Assembly: GCA_048884965.1 (NCBI GenBank)
Contig: JBHLQH010000013.1
Location: 1-64,000, forward strand
From: Candidatus Thorarchaeota archaeon
GTDB lineage: Archaea > Asgardarchaeota > Thorarchaeia > Thorarchaeales > Thorarchaeaceae
Reading direction: 5' to 3'
DNA: 64,000 nucleotides
Shown one piece after another: positions 10,093 to 18,903 of this stretch. How positions within the stretch are numbered: position 1 is the stretch's first letter; each line of letters starts with the position of its first letter. The position numbers were made by a program, and so were the translations under genes. The notes under the pieces are model-generated. The model did no database searches and was not told the DNA's origin. It saw only the letters and a program-made list of their open reading frames with translations.

Positions 10093-10609
10093 GTCGATAG
10101 TCTACCTCCATCGCTTTCAAACAAGTTTACACAATCTGTTGAGATATCAAAACCAGAAGATTCAGGACAAACGAAGGACAACATGTCTGAAACTGCACGT
10201 GAACATACTTTGGGGAATCTTGATATGAAACGGTTAAATCTCAAGACAAAGAATCGGAATCTAGTAAGTTTACGGGCAAAACTCAAACAGCTCGATTCCG
10301 ACATAACGCGAATGTGCGGAAATGGAGGGACTCTCTGAGGCGCCAGATAGATTCACATCGATAAATAAAAAGAGAGCAGACGTAGAGGTGGAATAGCAAA
10401 AAGCTAGTGTGGAGGTAGAGAGCATTGGTCGTGAGATTGCAAATTCTCAGTCATTGCACCTCTACTCCAAATCCTCATGCAGATGCATGGCTCTCATTGA
10501 ACTTAGTAAAATTTCCATTAAGGCAAAGAAGTGCACATCACTGAACATTGAACTGCTGTGGAAATAACCTTTCTTAATTGGCTAGAGCAAATATAATCAG
10601 TGATCCATA

Positions 10610-10696
10610 ATGAGTAAACGTAGTATAGGCAGGATTGCCTTTGGTATACTTGCAGTAGTCTTCTTTGCTTTAGGTGTTTATCTTATGTTCACCTAA
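10610..10696 (+). CDS. 28-aa single-pass membrane microprotein (copy 1)
   Basis: MSKRSIGRIAFGILAVVFFALGVYLMFT; GTGAT SD-like site upstream; aligns without gaps to 29657-29743. Confidence 0.65.
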   Translation: MSKRSIGRIAFGILAVVFFALGVYLMFT

Positions 10697-10728
10697 CCAA
10701 TCTTTGAAGTTTCCTGAAAAAAAGGAGT

Positions 10729-10749
10729 GTCGAGAGAAAATCTCTCGAC
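10729..10749. terminator. Hairpin between convergent genes
   Basis: GTCGAGAGA-AAA-TCTCTCGAC 9-bp stem; an A7 run upstream on + gives a U-tract on the - strand. Confidence 0.55.
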
Positions 10750-10847
10750 CAAGAAAGAGAATGATGACGTTTTACGAACACCTCATTGTGAGCAACTAGT
10801 TCATTTCAAATCTAGTTGATTTAGTTCCGTTACTACATCGTATATGA

Positions 10848-12392
10848 TTAAGGCAATCCCCAGACATTCGAGTTAATCTTCATCGCGTCTGAGATGTACT
10901 CTCCAGGAACATAACCCAGCACACTAGTGACTCCAACTAGGAAATTGTTAGTGCCAAAATCTGCAACCATGTCATTTGCATGACCAACCACAATACAATC
11001 GCGAGTTCCCATTTCCAACCAGATTGCAGCCATTCCATGCCAGTAAGGCTCCCAAGGACCACCATCAACTGTCCACCCTTCAAGGTTATTTCCAATAATA
11101 CTCAAACCTCGATCTTCTGCTCCAAAGAAGCCGATGTACATTGCTGCTGGACCACTACCGGTCATGAGGTTGTTTCTAATCACCGCATTGTGAGCATTAA
11201 CTGTAAAGATAGGGCCATACATCCATTGGCCTACGCTATGGAATCTATTGCTCTTTATTACTAGATCCGCCCAGTCATCATCATCTATGTTGTTGTATAT
11301 CTCAATGCCTCCATAGTCGCCAAATTGCTGCAGCATGACATCATTCTGTTGAAAACTGATGTAGTTCTTCTCATAGTCAAGATAGGTAAATGGATTGACT
11401 GGATATGTTTCCAGAACCATTCCTCCACTATCTAACATGATATTTCTGGATATGTCAACTATACTCCCACTGAGTCCCCACAATGCAACACCCCATCCGC
11501 CCATGTTTTCAAAAATGTTATCACATACTGTGATGTCCAGTCTATCACAAAATACTGGAACTACTCCAGCAAAGCCATTCTTGAAGACACAGGATTCCAC
11601 AATTATCTTTGAGTTCATCAATGCAATTGGTTGATACGAGTTAGAGCCCATTCCTATGAAGTCACACTCTCTTGCAATATGAGTCCCACCATCATCCACA
11701 ACAGATAGTTGAGGACCTGTGATATAGAATCCGTGATTTGGCGAGACTGGTTGAAATTGAGTACCATCATTAGCACCAATAATTCCAACCCTCTCCAAAG
11801 TCGTGTCACAACCTGGTGCGATATCTATAATGAACGCGTAGCCAATATTGTAACCCCAATCGTATTCAAGTGAAAATAGAACATCTCCTGTAACACTATC
11901 CACAACAACAGACAACTCAGCCATGTCGTCCTCTGACATTACCATAGTGAGATCAGATATCACTACATTGTCCTCACCACCAAGGTAGCCTATAGTGGGT
12001 GTATGAAGCTCTGCTCCAACAGGAATTGAGAACTCTTCCCAATCATCCCATGCGTCGATGTGTTCTGCAGCGAACAAATCACTATTTGATGCTCTTGATG
12101 CAATGATGTTTGTAACGTCCTTACCAGCACCGATTATAGAACCTGAAAAGCTCTCCTTTACTAAGGCTCTGTGGATATAGTAGTCCCCTGCGCCAAGCAC
12201 GATCGTATCACCAGGCATTGCATTGTTCAAAGCAGTTTGGATGTTGCTCCAATCCGTTTCTGGTATACCAGTCGGATTAGCAACATATACCGTACCGTCA
12301 GCTGCTGCAGTTATTGTGAACATTCCGAACAAAGAGAGAATAATGGAAACACTCACTGTAATTGCAAGAAGCGACGTTCTTCTGTTGTTCAT
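10848..12392 (-). CDS. Secreted right-handed parallel beta-helix (pectin-lyase/NosD-like) protein
   Basis: Signal peptide, IQTALNNAMPGDTIVLGAGDY start-of-beta-helix motif, and repeated I.NN/.N.. ladders. Confidence 0.75.
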   Translation of the reverse strand: MNNRRTSLLAITVSVSIILSLFGMFTITAAADGTVYVANPTGIPETDWSNIQTALNNAMPGDTIVLGAGDYYIHRALVKESFSGSIIGAGKDVTNIIASRASNSDLFAAEHIDAWDDWEEFSIPVGAELHTPTIGYLGGEDNVVISDLTMVMSEDDMAELSVVVDSVTGDVLFSLEYDWGYNIGYAFIIDIAPGCDTTLERVGIIGANDGTQFQPVSPNHGFYITGPQLSVVDDGGTHIARECDFIGMGSNSYQPIALMNSKIIVESCVFKNGFAGVVPVFCDRLDITVCDNIFENMGGWGVALWGLSGSIVDISRNIMLDSGGMVLETYPVNPFTYLDYEKNYISFQQNDVMLQQFGDYGGIEIYNNIDDDDWADLVIKSNRFHSVGQWMYGPIFTVNAHNAVIRNNLMTGSGPAAMYIGFFGAEDRGLSIIGNNLEGWTVDGGPWEPYWHGMAAIWLEMGTRDCIVVGHANDMVADFGTNNFLVGVTSVLGYVPGEYISDAMKINSNVWGLP

Positions 12393-12515
12393 TTCTTCTC
12401 CTCCTCAAAATTACGAACAAGAAATCACCGTGTTGACGTCTGATGCGATAGCCTCCTTTTGAGAGTTCAACCAGACACACTATCTATGTCATAATTTTTC
12501 GTAATTATAAGTAAT

Positions 12516-12537
12516 TTTATTACATGTCATATAATTA
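12516..12537. promoter_or_regulatory. Copy of the TATATGACATGTCATATA-type operator
   Basis: TTTATTACATGTCATATAATTA; 16/18 match to the palindrome. ACATGTCATATAATTA is identical to 6124-6139. Upstream of the beta-helix gene, with an extra half-site TATGTCATA at 12485. Confidence 0.6.
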
Positions 12538-12853
12538 TATTAATTTTGTGTTTATTTCGAGGTCATTCTTTCTACATGGAATGACTACTCATTTGGGCAA
12601 TCCATCTAAATCACTGATTCTAGTTGTTGTATCAACAAATGATTCCTTAATACCCAAGTAGAGAACCCTGTGATTCATCTTCCATTGCGAATCGAACCAG
12701 TCTAAAAGCGTCGGTGAGTTTCCCAGATTATCGCAGATATGATGAATGCAATGACCGCTAATACTAGTTTCAGGAATGTCTGCAGTAATTCCTCATTTGG
12801 ACACAATTATTTGAATTCCATCAGAATCAGCATATCTGTAGGTATTCTTAGGG

Positions 12854-13015
12854 TCAGACTTTGAGATCGAATGGACCTCTACTATCCTCAACAGATTCTT
12901 GAGGTGTCTTCGTCCTCCTTCGTTGTTCATATCCTTCGACTGTCATTGTATTCTTGCAATAGTGGCACGCTACAGGTTTGCCGTTCCTCAAATCTTCAAC
13001 TTCAACAGGATTGGA
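12854..13015 (-). pseudogene. Start-less C-terminal fragment of a probable zinc-ribbon protein
   Basis: Alternative frame reads SNPVEVEDLRNGKPVACHYCKNTMTVEGYEQRRRTKTPQESVEDSRGPFDLKV*: one CxxC knuckle, preceded by an in-frame TAA. Confidence 0.4.
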
Positions 13016-13551
13016 TTAGTAGGATCAGATATGTCAATAATCGCCAATCCAGAAGGACCATCTGCAATATATGCATAATTACCATCCACACATATATCAT
13101 GAGAAGTTCCAGTAGTATATCTATAGACAGGCGCGGATGGATTTGTGGGGTCTGTTATGTCGATGATTGCTACACCTCCCCCAAGCTGAGTAACATATGC
13201 ATAGTCACCAACAACAACTACATCTTGAGCAAAGTATGCTGTTTCCTCGAGAACTGATGCTTTTGGATCTGTTGGATCAGAAACATCACTAATCTCCAAA
13301 CCTGAACTTGTAGCGACATATGCATAATCGCCTTCAACGAATATTCCATATGTAATCCCATATGTTTCCCCAGAGTATTCAGTAATTTGATCCACATGAA
13401 TTTCTTCTCTTGCAGTTGCGAAATATGGTTGATTCAATAGAAGAACTGTAGACAAGATCAGGATCAATAGAGCAAACCCGATTTTTCTTGCCATCATGTC
13501 CAATCCATCTCCGATATTTGATGTGAGAGGAGGGGTCTCCCCCCTCACCAC
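12988..13551 (-). pseudogene. LVIVD-repeat surface protein, apparently truncated after about 3 repeats
   Basis: Signal peptide (MARKIGFALLIL...; true start probably ~13498) and GDYAYVA..GL.I.D[IV]SDP.NP repeats; ends abruptly at NPILLKLKI*. Confidence 0.65.
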
Positions 13552-13603
13552 AATTAGTTTCGCAACGAATTACTAGAGAACGCCTCATTGCACACCAACT
13601 AAT

Positions 13604-13668
13604 TATATGTCATAATATTACTTGTCATATTATTAAGTATATCGCTTGGTTTATATGACATGACCATA
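13604..13668. promoter_or_regulatory. Operator cluster in the divergent LVIVD/RHH promoter
   Basis: ATGTCA-taa-TATTACTTGTCATAT (13607-13630) and TATATGACATG (13652) overlapping TTTATAT. Confidence 0.55.
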
Positions 13669-13730
13669 GTATATATATTGTTAAAATTCTCATCACTAGA
13701 CATATTAGAAATGCAAAGCTGAGTGTGTAT

Positions 13731-14072
13731 ATGCCAAGGAAGAAGAAAGAAACAGGCGAAGAACCAAAGGCACGAGTGAGTCTCCGTGAACAGATTCTAG
13801 GAGAATATTCCTCAGAGGAATTCTCAACCAGAAGTCGTGGTACACATGTCATGACACGTTTGAGTGATGACATCGTTGAAGCAATTGATGCGTTGGTAGA
13901 ACTTGGTATATTCAAGAGTCGTTCAGAGGCAGTTGCTGCCTTTGTAGAGAGATCTATTCTCTCTAAAGCCGATCTGTATAGTAAGCTCAAGAAGCAAGCT
14001 AAACACATTGGAGCAATGCGTGACGAAGCGATGGAAGTTGCACTAGAAGCATTCCAGCAAACTGATAGTTAG
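13731..14072 (+). CDS. Ribbon-helix-helix (CopG/MetJ-like) regulator, paralog 1
   Basis: HVMTRLSDDIVEAIDALVELGIFKSRSEAV RHH signature; ATG at 13731. Confidence 0.85.
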   Translation: MPRKKKETGEEPKARVSLREQILGEYSSEEFSTRSRGTHVMTRLSDDIVEAIDALVELGIFKSRSEAVAAFVERSILSKADLYSKLKKQAKHIGAMRDEAMEVALEAFQQTDS

Positions 14073-14143
14073 TTCACATGAATCCGGAAGCCATTCTGCA
14101 GATTTTTCTAAGCAGAGCATCTAGTTCAAAAGGCTTATATCAG

Positions 14144-14168
14144 ATGTCAGTATATTACATGTCAGACA
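14144..14168. promoter_or_regulatory. Operator upstream of RHH paralog 2
   Basis: ATGTCA-gta-TATTACATGTCAGACA, the same arrangement as at 13607; follows TATA-like CTTATAT. Confidence 0.55.
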
Positions 14169-14245
14169 ATAATTAATGATTAACTAAGATGCGGAATTGA
14201 ATAAGCCGAGGAATGCAAGATTTGATCTAGGATGAAGTGGATGTC

Positions 14246-14587
14246 ATGGTGAGAAAGAAAACCCGATCTGATGTTGATGAAAAAACTCGGGTACGATTTC
14301 GAGATCAGATACTAGGCGACTACGACTCGGACGATTTCTCTACTCGTATACGCAATAACCACATTATGACGCGACTGAGTGATGATATCCTAGAGATTAT
14401 TGATGCATTGGTTGAACTTGGTATTTTCAAGAGCCGCTCAGAGGCGGCTGCAGCATACATAGAAACATCAATCATCTCAAAAGCAGATATCTATCTGAAA
14501 CTGAAACAGCAGGCCAAAAATATTGGTCTAATGCGAGAAGAAGCTATGGAATTAGCATTTGATATTTTTCAGGAAACTGAGGATTAA
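14246..14587 (+). CDS. Ribbon-helix-helix regulator, paralog 2 (tandem duplicate)
   Basis: HIMTRLSDDILEIIDALVELGIFKSRSEAA; 73/113 identical to paralog 1 by manual ungapped count. Confidence 0.85.
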   Translation: MVRKKTRSDVDEKTRVRFRDQILGDYDSDDFSTRIRNNHIMTRLSDDILEIIDALVELGIFKSRSEAAAAYIETSIISKADIYLKLKQQAKNIGLMREEAMELAFDIFQETED

Positions 14588-14695
14588 CCCTAGCAAACAT
14601 ACAGGAGCCTAAGAGAATCGTTTCTCAGTTGGTATCGCTCTTGACAGAAGAAAAAAAAGGGAGTAAGTTAACATAGTACTCGGAGGTTAGATGGG

Positions 14696-16171
14696 GTGGA
14701 ACCCATCGGAACAATTACAGCATATTTCTCATTGGTAGAAGATGATACACAAGTCATTCTTGAATCAACGATGGAAGAAGCTCAGAACTTCCGTGAGTTC
14801 GTCGATATCTTGTGCGCATCAGTTCTAGATGAGAAGCCATCGGACGAGCTAATTTTCTTTGCGGTACACTTCGCGGCACTTCTTTTTGATTTCAACTTGA
14901 TAAACAGAATTGCAGACAAATATAGTAGTTTGAGTATCATTCGTCCGAACCTTTTCTATGGAAGTGCTTTCCAAGGAAAACATGAAGATTTCAGGAAAGT
15001 CAGAGAAGCCGCTGATAATGTGATGGCAACAGGTCCACCAGATTGGCTCAAGCTTGAGATGTACATAGTGAAGCTAGAGGCAGAGAATGAGGAATATCCG
15101 AAGGAATTGTATGATTCATCGACTCATGATGCGATAGAAAATATGATCAAAAGAAAACCTGAATTTGGTTTCTACAAATCACGAGTTCTTGATTCTTTGA
15201 GTATTAGAGCAATCAGAGATGGTGATACAGATCAAGCCCTAGAATTGAATCAAAGAGCTATTCAAAATGCAGAAGAACACAACGATTTCAATCGCCTCGC
15301 TCATCTTTTACGAACAAGAGCAAGCATTCTCCAAAGCTCCAATCGAGAAGTATCTCACGAACTGCTACGTCGTTCCCATGTTCTCCTCAAATCCATGGGG
15401 GATAAAGGAGGTATGGGTGACGTATTATTCCTACTAAGCAAGTTAGAATCAATACAAGGGAATTATGATAGAGCGATTGAATACAACCTTGAATGTATAG
15501 GGATCTGGCAGTCCATTGGTATGCCTACTGGTATGTTCGGACTCACTCTCTCGACTCTCTATAATCTCATAGGAGACCAGAATACAGCACTTGAATGGGC
15601 AAAAATGGCTGAGTCTGAATTGCTAAGCAAACCAATGTTACAACCTAGAGCAGTTCTTAATCAGGCATGGGCTCTGGCGGAATCAGGCAAAATCTTGAAA
15701 GCTCGTCAATTGGTGGATAGCATACGCGATTCTATCTTAAAATCAGGACTAGAATCCAATCTTGGATGGCTGTATCTCATAGATAGTATCATCGAACCAT
15801 TGGAAGGCAATTATTATTCAGCGGCTAATCATGTTGAAGAATCGTTGGATATCTACGAGCGAGCGAGAGGTTATTTCAGCTATTACATATGCCTCCACCA
15901 AAGGGCGAAGATAGAGGTCTCTAGCATAGATCTGGAAACGACATTGACAAAAACGGAACAGCCAGGAACTTGGTTATTGCTCCTCGAGGAAAAAGCCCGC
16001 AAGGAAAATCTTCAAGGATTACTCGCCCAGGCACTTATACTGCAAGTGGAATTCTTCAATAAGGTTGGTAACGAATTCAAAGCGGAATCGGTATTGGAAG
16101 AACTGAAGGACCTAATGAAAGAAGGGGAGTTTTCTTTCTTAGAGAGTAGAGTGAAAGAATTGGAGCGATGA
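14696..16171 (+). CDS. Tetratricopeptide-repeat/alpha-solenoid protein
   Basis: Helical repeats such as GDTDQALELNQRAI, GNYDRAIEYNLECI and GNYYSAANHVEESL; GGAGG upstream. Confidence 0.7.
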   Translation: MEPIGTITAYFSLVEDDTQVILESTMEEAQNFREFVDILCASVLDEKPSDELIFFAVHFAALLFDFNLINRIADKYSSLSIIRPNLFYGSAFQGKHEDFRKVREAADNVMATGPPDWLKLEMYIVKLEAENEEYPKELYDSSTHDAIENMIKRKPEFGFYKSRVLDSLSIRAIRDGDTDQALELNQRAIQNAEEHNDFNRLAHLLRTRASILQSSNREVSHELLRRSHVLLKSMGDKGGMGDVLFLLSKLESIQGNYDRAIEYNLECIGIWQSIGMPTGMFGLTLSTLYNLIGDQNTALEWAKMAESELLSKPMLQPRAVLNQAWALAESGKILKARQLVDSIRDSILKSGLESNLGWLYLIDSIIEPLEGNYYSAANHVEESLDIYERARGYFSYYICLHQRAKIEVSSIDLETTLTKTEQPGTWLLLLEEKARKENLQGLLAQALILQVEFFNKVGNEFKAESVLEELKDLMKEGEFSFLESRVKELER

Positions 16172-16194
16172 ATTGAGTAAGAATCACGACCAAT

Positions 16195-18903
16195 CTACTT
16201 CAGCTTCTTCGACGATGATTCACTCGGGATTCTTCGGGGATAATTCAAGTAAGGTTCGTGGACAGGAATAGGTCGTCCATCTGGAAGGTCAGTTGGATGA
16301 TTCCAGAGAGGTTTTGGGGGAAGTACAATCCCTTTATCAGGCAAATCTGTAGGATGGTTCCATTCGGGCTCAGGAATTGGCAACTTATCTGGAAGATCAG
16401 TAGGATGATTCCATAATGGCTCATTTATCGGAATTGGATTACCATCAGGCAAATCGGTCGGGTGATTCCAGTCTGGTGATAACAACGGAATTGGATCACC
16501 ATCAGGCAAATCAGTAGGATGATTCCATTCAGGCTCGGTAACCGGGATAGGTTGTCCATCTGGAAGGTCTGTCGGATGGTTCCATAATGGTTCAGGCGGT
16601 GGCTCGGGTGAACCGTCTGGGAGATCGGTCGGGTGATTCCAGCAAGGCTCAGGACTAGGTTCGACACCAGAATCCGGAAGATCAGTAGGATGATTCCATT
16701 CGATCTCTTGGATTGGCTCCTTGTAGGGTTCTATCCTGACATCCGCCGATTCAGATGTCGAAGCCAGAGACATAGTAAGTTCATACTGGTCCCTCCGTAA
16801 GCGCTTCATGACTTGGCCAACTATTATTGAAACAACTGCTACTGCTGCTATCACAAGTGCAGATACTACCGTGTAATAGACATCCTGCATACTTGGCTCT
16901 GGATTTGTATTAGCGGGTTGACTGATGTAGAGGGAATATCCAAAGATGAAAGCATCGTAACCTCCCAAATAGTCCGGAAGATCCTCAGAACGCGTATTTC
17001 CACAGATGTAGGTGTTATTTGCCTCATCAACTACCATTGCACTTACAATATCATCATTTAATCCACCCAGACATGAGCAGCAAATAATTGAACTCAAATT
17101 CATCTTTAGGACGAAAGCATCATATCCACCATGATGTGTTCCTTCAGCCATAGGAAAATCAGTAGATGACGTCGTCCCAGCAATGAAGATTTGACCTTGG
17201 GAATCTACTGAGATGCTTTCTGCATAGTCAATGGAATCTCCACCGATGAATGTGCTGCTTATCAAAGTGTCACCAAACTCTGATATTACGCTTACAAAGC
17301 AATCTCGAGAACCACTTAGTGTGTCATCAATAGCATTTAGTATGGGATAATCAGCTGATTCCGTGTAGCCTGTGACATATGCAACACCATCAGCATCAAC
17401 TGCGACTGAATGCCCCTCATCTCTACTATCACTCCCCAAATAGGTCGAGTAGACTACATCCCATGAACTGTCAATCTTGATGACGAAAGCATCTGTGCCA
17501 TCCGAATATGAGCTATAGAGGGGATTAATCAGAGAGAGCCCACCTTCGGTGTGTCCAGTGATGACAAAATCACCGTTCTGACATACAGCAAGGTCTTTGA
17601 CTCTATCAATTCCGCCCCCTCCGATGAAACTGCTGAATAAGAATTCATCCCCTGCAGCTGAAAGACATAGAATGAATCCATCAAAAAGATCGTAACTCTC
17701 ACTATCTATTGGATTGATAAGAGGTATATTTTCCGAGCTTGTCCAGCCACCAACAAAGACTTTACCGTCAGAATCGATATCTATTGAAGTGCCACATTCT
17801 CCATTGGTTCCGCCGTAGTAAGTTGAATACTCTATGCCATTTCCGGTTGAGTTAAGCTTGAGGATGAAGACATCACCTTGGTGGTCCTGATATTCACCTC
17901 TGAGAATAGTCAAGTTCTCTGATACAGAGTACAATGGATTCTCTGTAGGAAAGTCGTTGCTTTTGGTATTCCCTGTTAGATAGACATTTCCCTCTGCATC
18001 AATAGCTATATCCTCTGCAACATCATCTGGCTCAGATAGTAGGAGATTGGTATAATCTCCACCTATACAAGTCGAGTAGATTATTGAGCCATCCGCGTTC
18101 ATCTTTGTGACGAAAGCATCCATTCCACCTTGATAGGATTGAAACTCATTGCGCAGTGGAAACTCTGGTGAATATGTAGACCCAGCTATGTAGAGATTTC
18201 CTTCTTGATCACGAGTCATACATTGTGCCCTGTCTGATTCAGACCCGCCTAGGCATATCGATAATAGTGAGCGATCATCTATTTGAGAGATTCTGTATCT
18301 ATGCGAGTCATCAATAGGCAGATCAAAATGGAATCTAATCCCAGAGCTACCAGGAACTAGGTTCGATTCATCTATTCTAATATCATCCCAGAAGGTATCA
18401 ATTTCTTCAGCACTCAAATCTTCTTTGAGCTCAAATGTAAAATCGATACCATCCTCGACATAACAAACTGCGAGATTTACACCTTTTGTGAAATCTCTGT
18501 ATTCTAACGATTGATAACAGCTCACATCCGTGTAGGTTCCTCGAGAACCAAGGAAGTAATGACATCGATAGTCTTGTTCTGAATGACCAACTATTACAAC
18601 GTCATCTGAGGTTTCGAAGGACAAGAGATCAGATTTTTGAGAGGAGTCACTCCAAAAAGAGACACTATTTGAGTCCAATGTAATGTATCCGTCGGGAACA
18701 CGACCATAGTATTCTATGTCCGAGTTATTGATCTGTCCCTGATTCTTGATGAAATATCCATGGGATAGACTTCGAGATTCTGGTCCCTCTTCAGTGTATT
18801 TTCCTTCTGAAGTAAGAACTAGCAGAGGTGCAAGTAGTGCTGCAATCAGTACAATGGAGAGTATCATTCTGAAGCTTCTCGAATGCAATCTTGAATATCT
18901 CAT
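16195..18903 (-). CDS. SBBP beta-propeller membrane protein with C-terminal WNHPTDLPD repeat tail
   Basis: Signal peptide, FIKNQGQ, multiple STY.GG/YxTGxTxS.DFP repeats, TM (VYYTVVSALVIAAVAVVSIIVGQV) followed by KRLRR, then 8 repeats. Confidence 0.85.
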   Translation of the reverse strand: MRYSRLHSRSFRMILSIVLIAALLAPLLVLTSEGKYTEEGPESRSLSHGYFIKNQGQINNSDIEYYGRVPDGYITLDSNSVSFWSDSSQKSDLLSFETSDDVVIVGHSEQDYRCHYFLGSRGTYTDVSCYQSLEYRDFTKGVNLAVCYVEDGIDFTFELKEDLSAEEIDTFWDDIRIDESNLVPGSSGIRFHFDLPIDDSHRYRISQIDDRSLLSICLGGSESDRAQCMTRDQEGNLYIAGSTYSPEFPLRNEFQSYQGGMDAFVTKMNADGSIIYSTCIGGDYTNLLLSEPDDVAEDIAIDAEGNVYLTGNTKSNDFPTENPLYSVSENLTILRGEYQDHQGDVFILKLNSTGNGIEYSTYYGGTNGECGTSIDIDSDGKVFVGGWTSSENIPLINPIDSESYDLFDGFILCLSAAGDEFLFSSFIGGGGIDRVKDLAVCQNGDFVITGHTEGGLSLINPLYSSYSDGTDAFVIKIDSSWDVVYSTYLGSDSRDEGHSVAVDADGVAYVTGYTESADYPILNAIDDTLSGSRDCFVSVISEFGDTLISSTFIGGDSIDYAESISVDSQGQIFIAGTTSSTDFPMAEGTHHGGYDAFVLKMNLSSIICCSCLGGLNDDIVSAMVVDEANNTYICGNTRSEDLPDYLGGYDAFIFGYSLYISQPANTNPEPSMQDVYYTVVSALVIAAVAVVSIIVGQVMKRLRRDQYELTMSLASTSESADVRIEPYKEPIQEIEWNHPTDLPDSGVEPSPEPCWNHPTDLPDGSPEPPPEPLWNHPTDLPDGQPIPVTEPEWNHPTDLPDGDPIPLLSPDWNHPTDLPDGNPIPINEPLWNHPTDLPDKLPIPEPEWNHPTDLPDKGIVLPPKPLWNHPTDLPDGRPIPVHEPYLNYPRRIPSESSSKKLK
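16279..16698 (-). repeat. Eight coding repeats of WNHPTDLPD with Pro-rich spacers (period ~17-20 aa)
   Basis: The 9-aa core is identical in all 8 copies while codons differ (e.g. TGG AAT CAT CCT ACT GAT CTT CCG GAT vs TGG AAC CAT CCG ACA GAC CTT CCA GAT). Confidence 0.95.

Noticed and set aside
10380-10470. AGAGGTGC resembling the start of a lysine riboswitch
   Set aside because: The remaining conserved elements are not recognisable and no lysine gene lies downstream.
12703-12833. Minus-strand TM-like stretch LKLVLAVIAFIISAIIWETHRRF
   Set aside because: Interrupted by an upstream stop and lacking a convincing start or SD; possibly debris, but not supportable as a gene.
16279-16698. Repeat-spacer-like DNA pattern considered as a CRISPR array
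   Set aside because: The repeats vary at third codon positions, stay in frame inside a long ORF, and no cas genes are present; it is a protein repeat.
16279-16698. WNHP/DLPDG read as tandem WW domains or as RiPP cores
   Set aside because: The spacing is too short, with no central aromatic pair or second Trp for WW domains; no modifying enzymes or leader peptide are nearby, and the repeats follow a TM.
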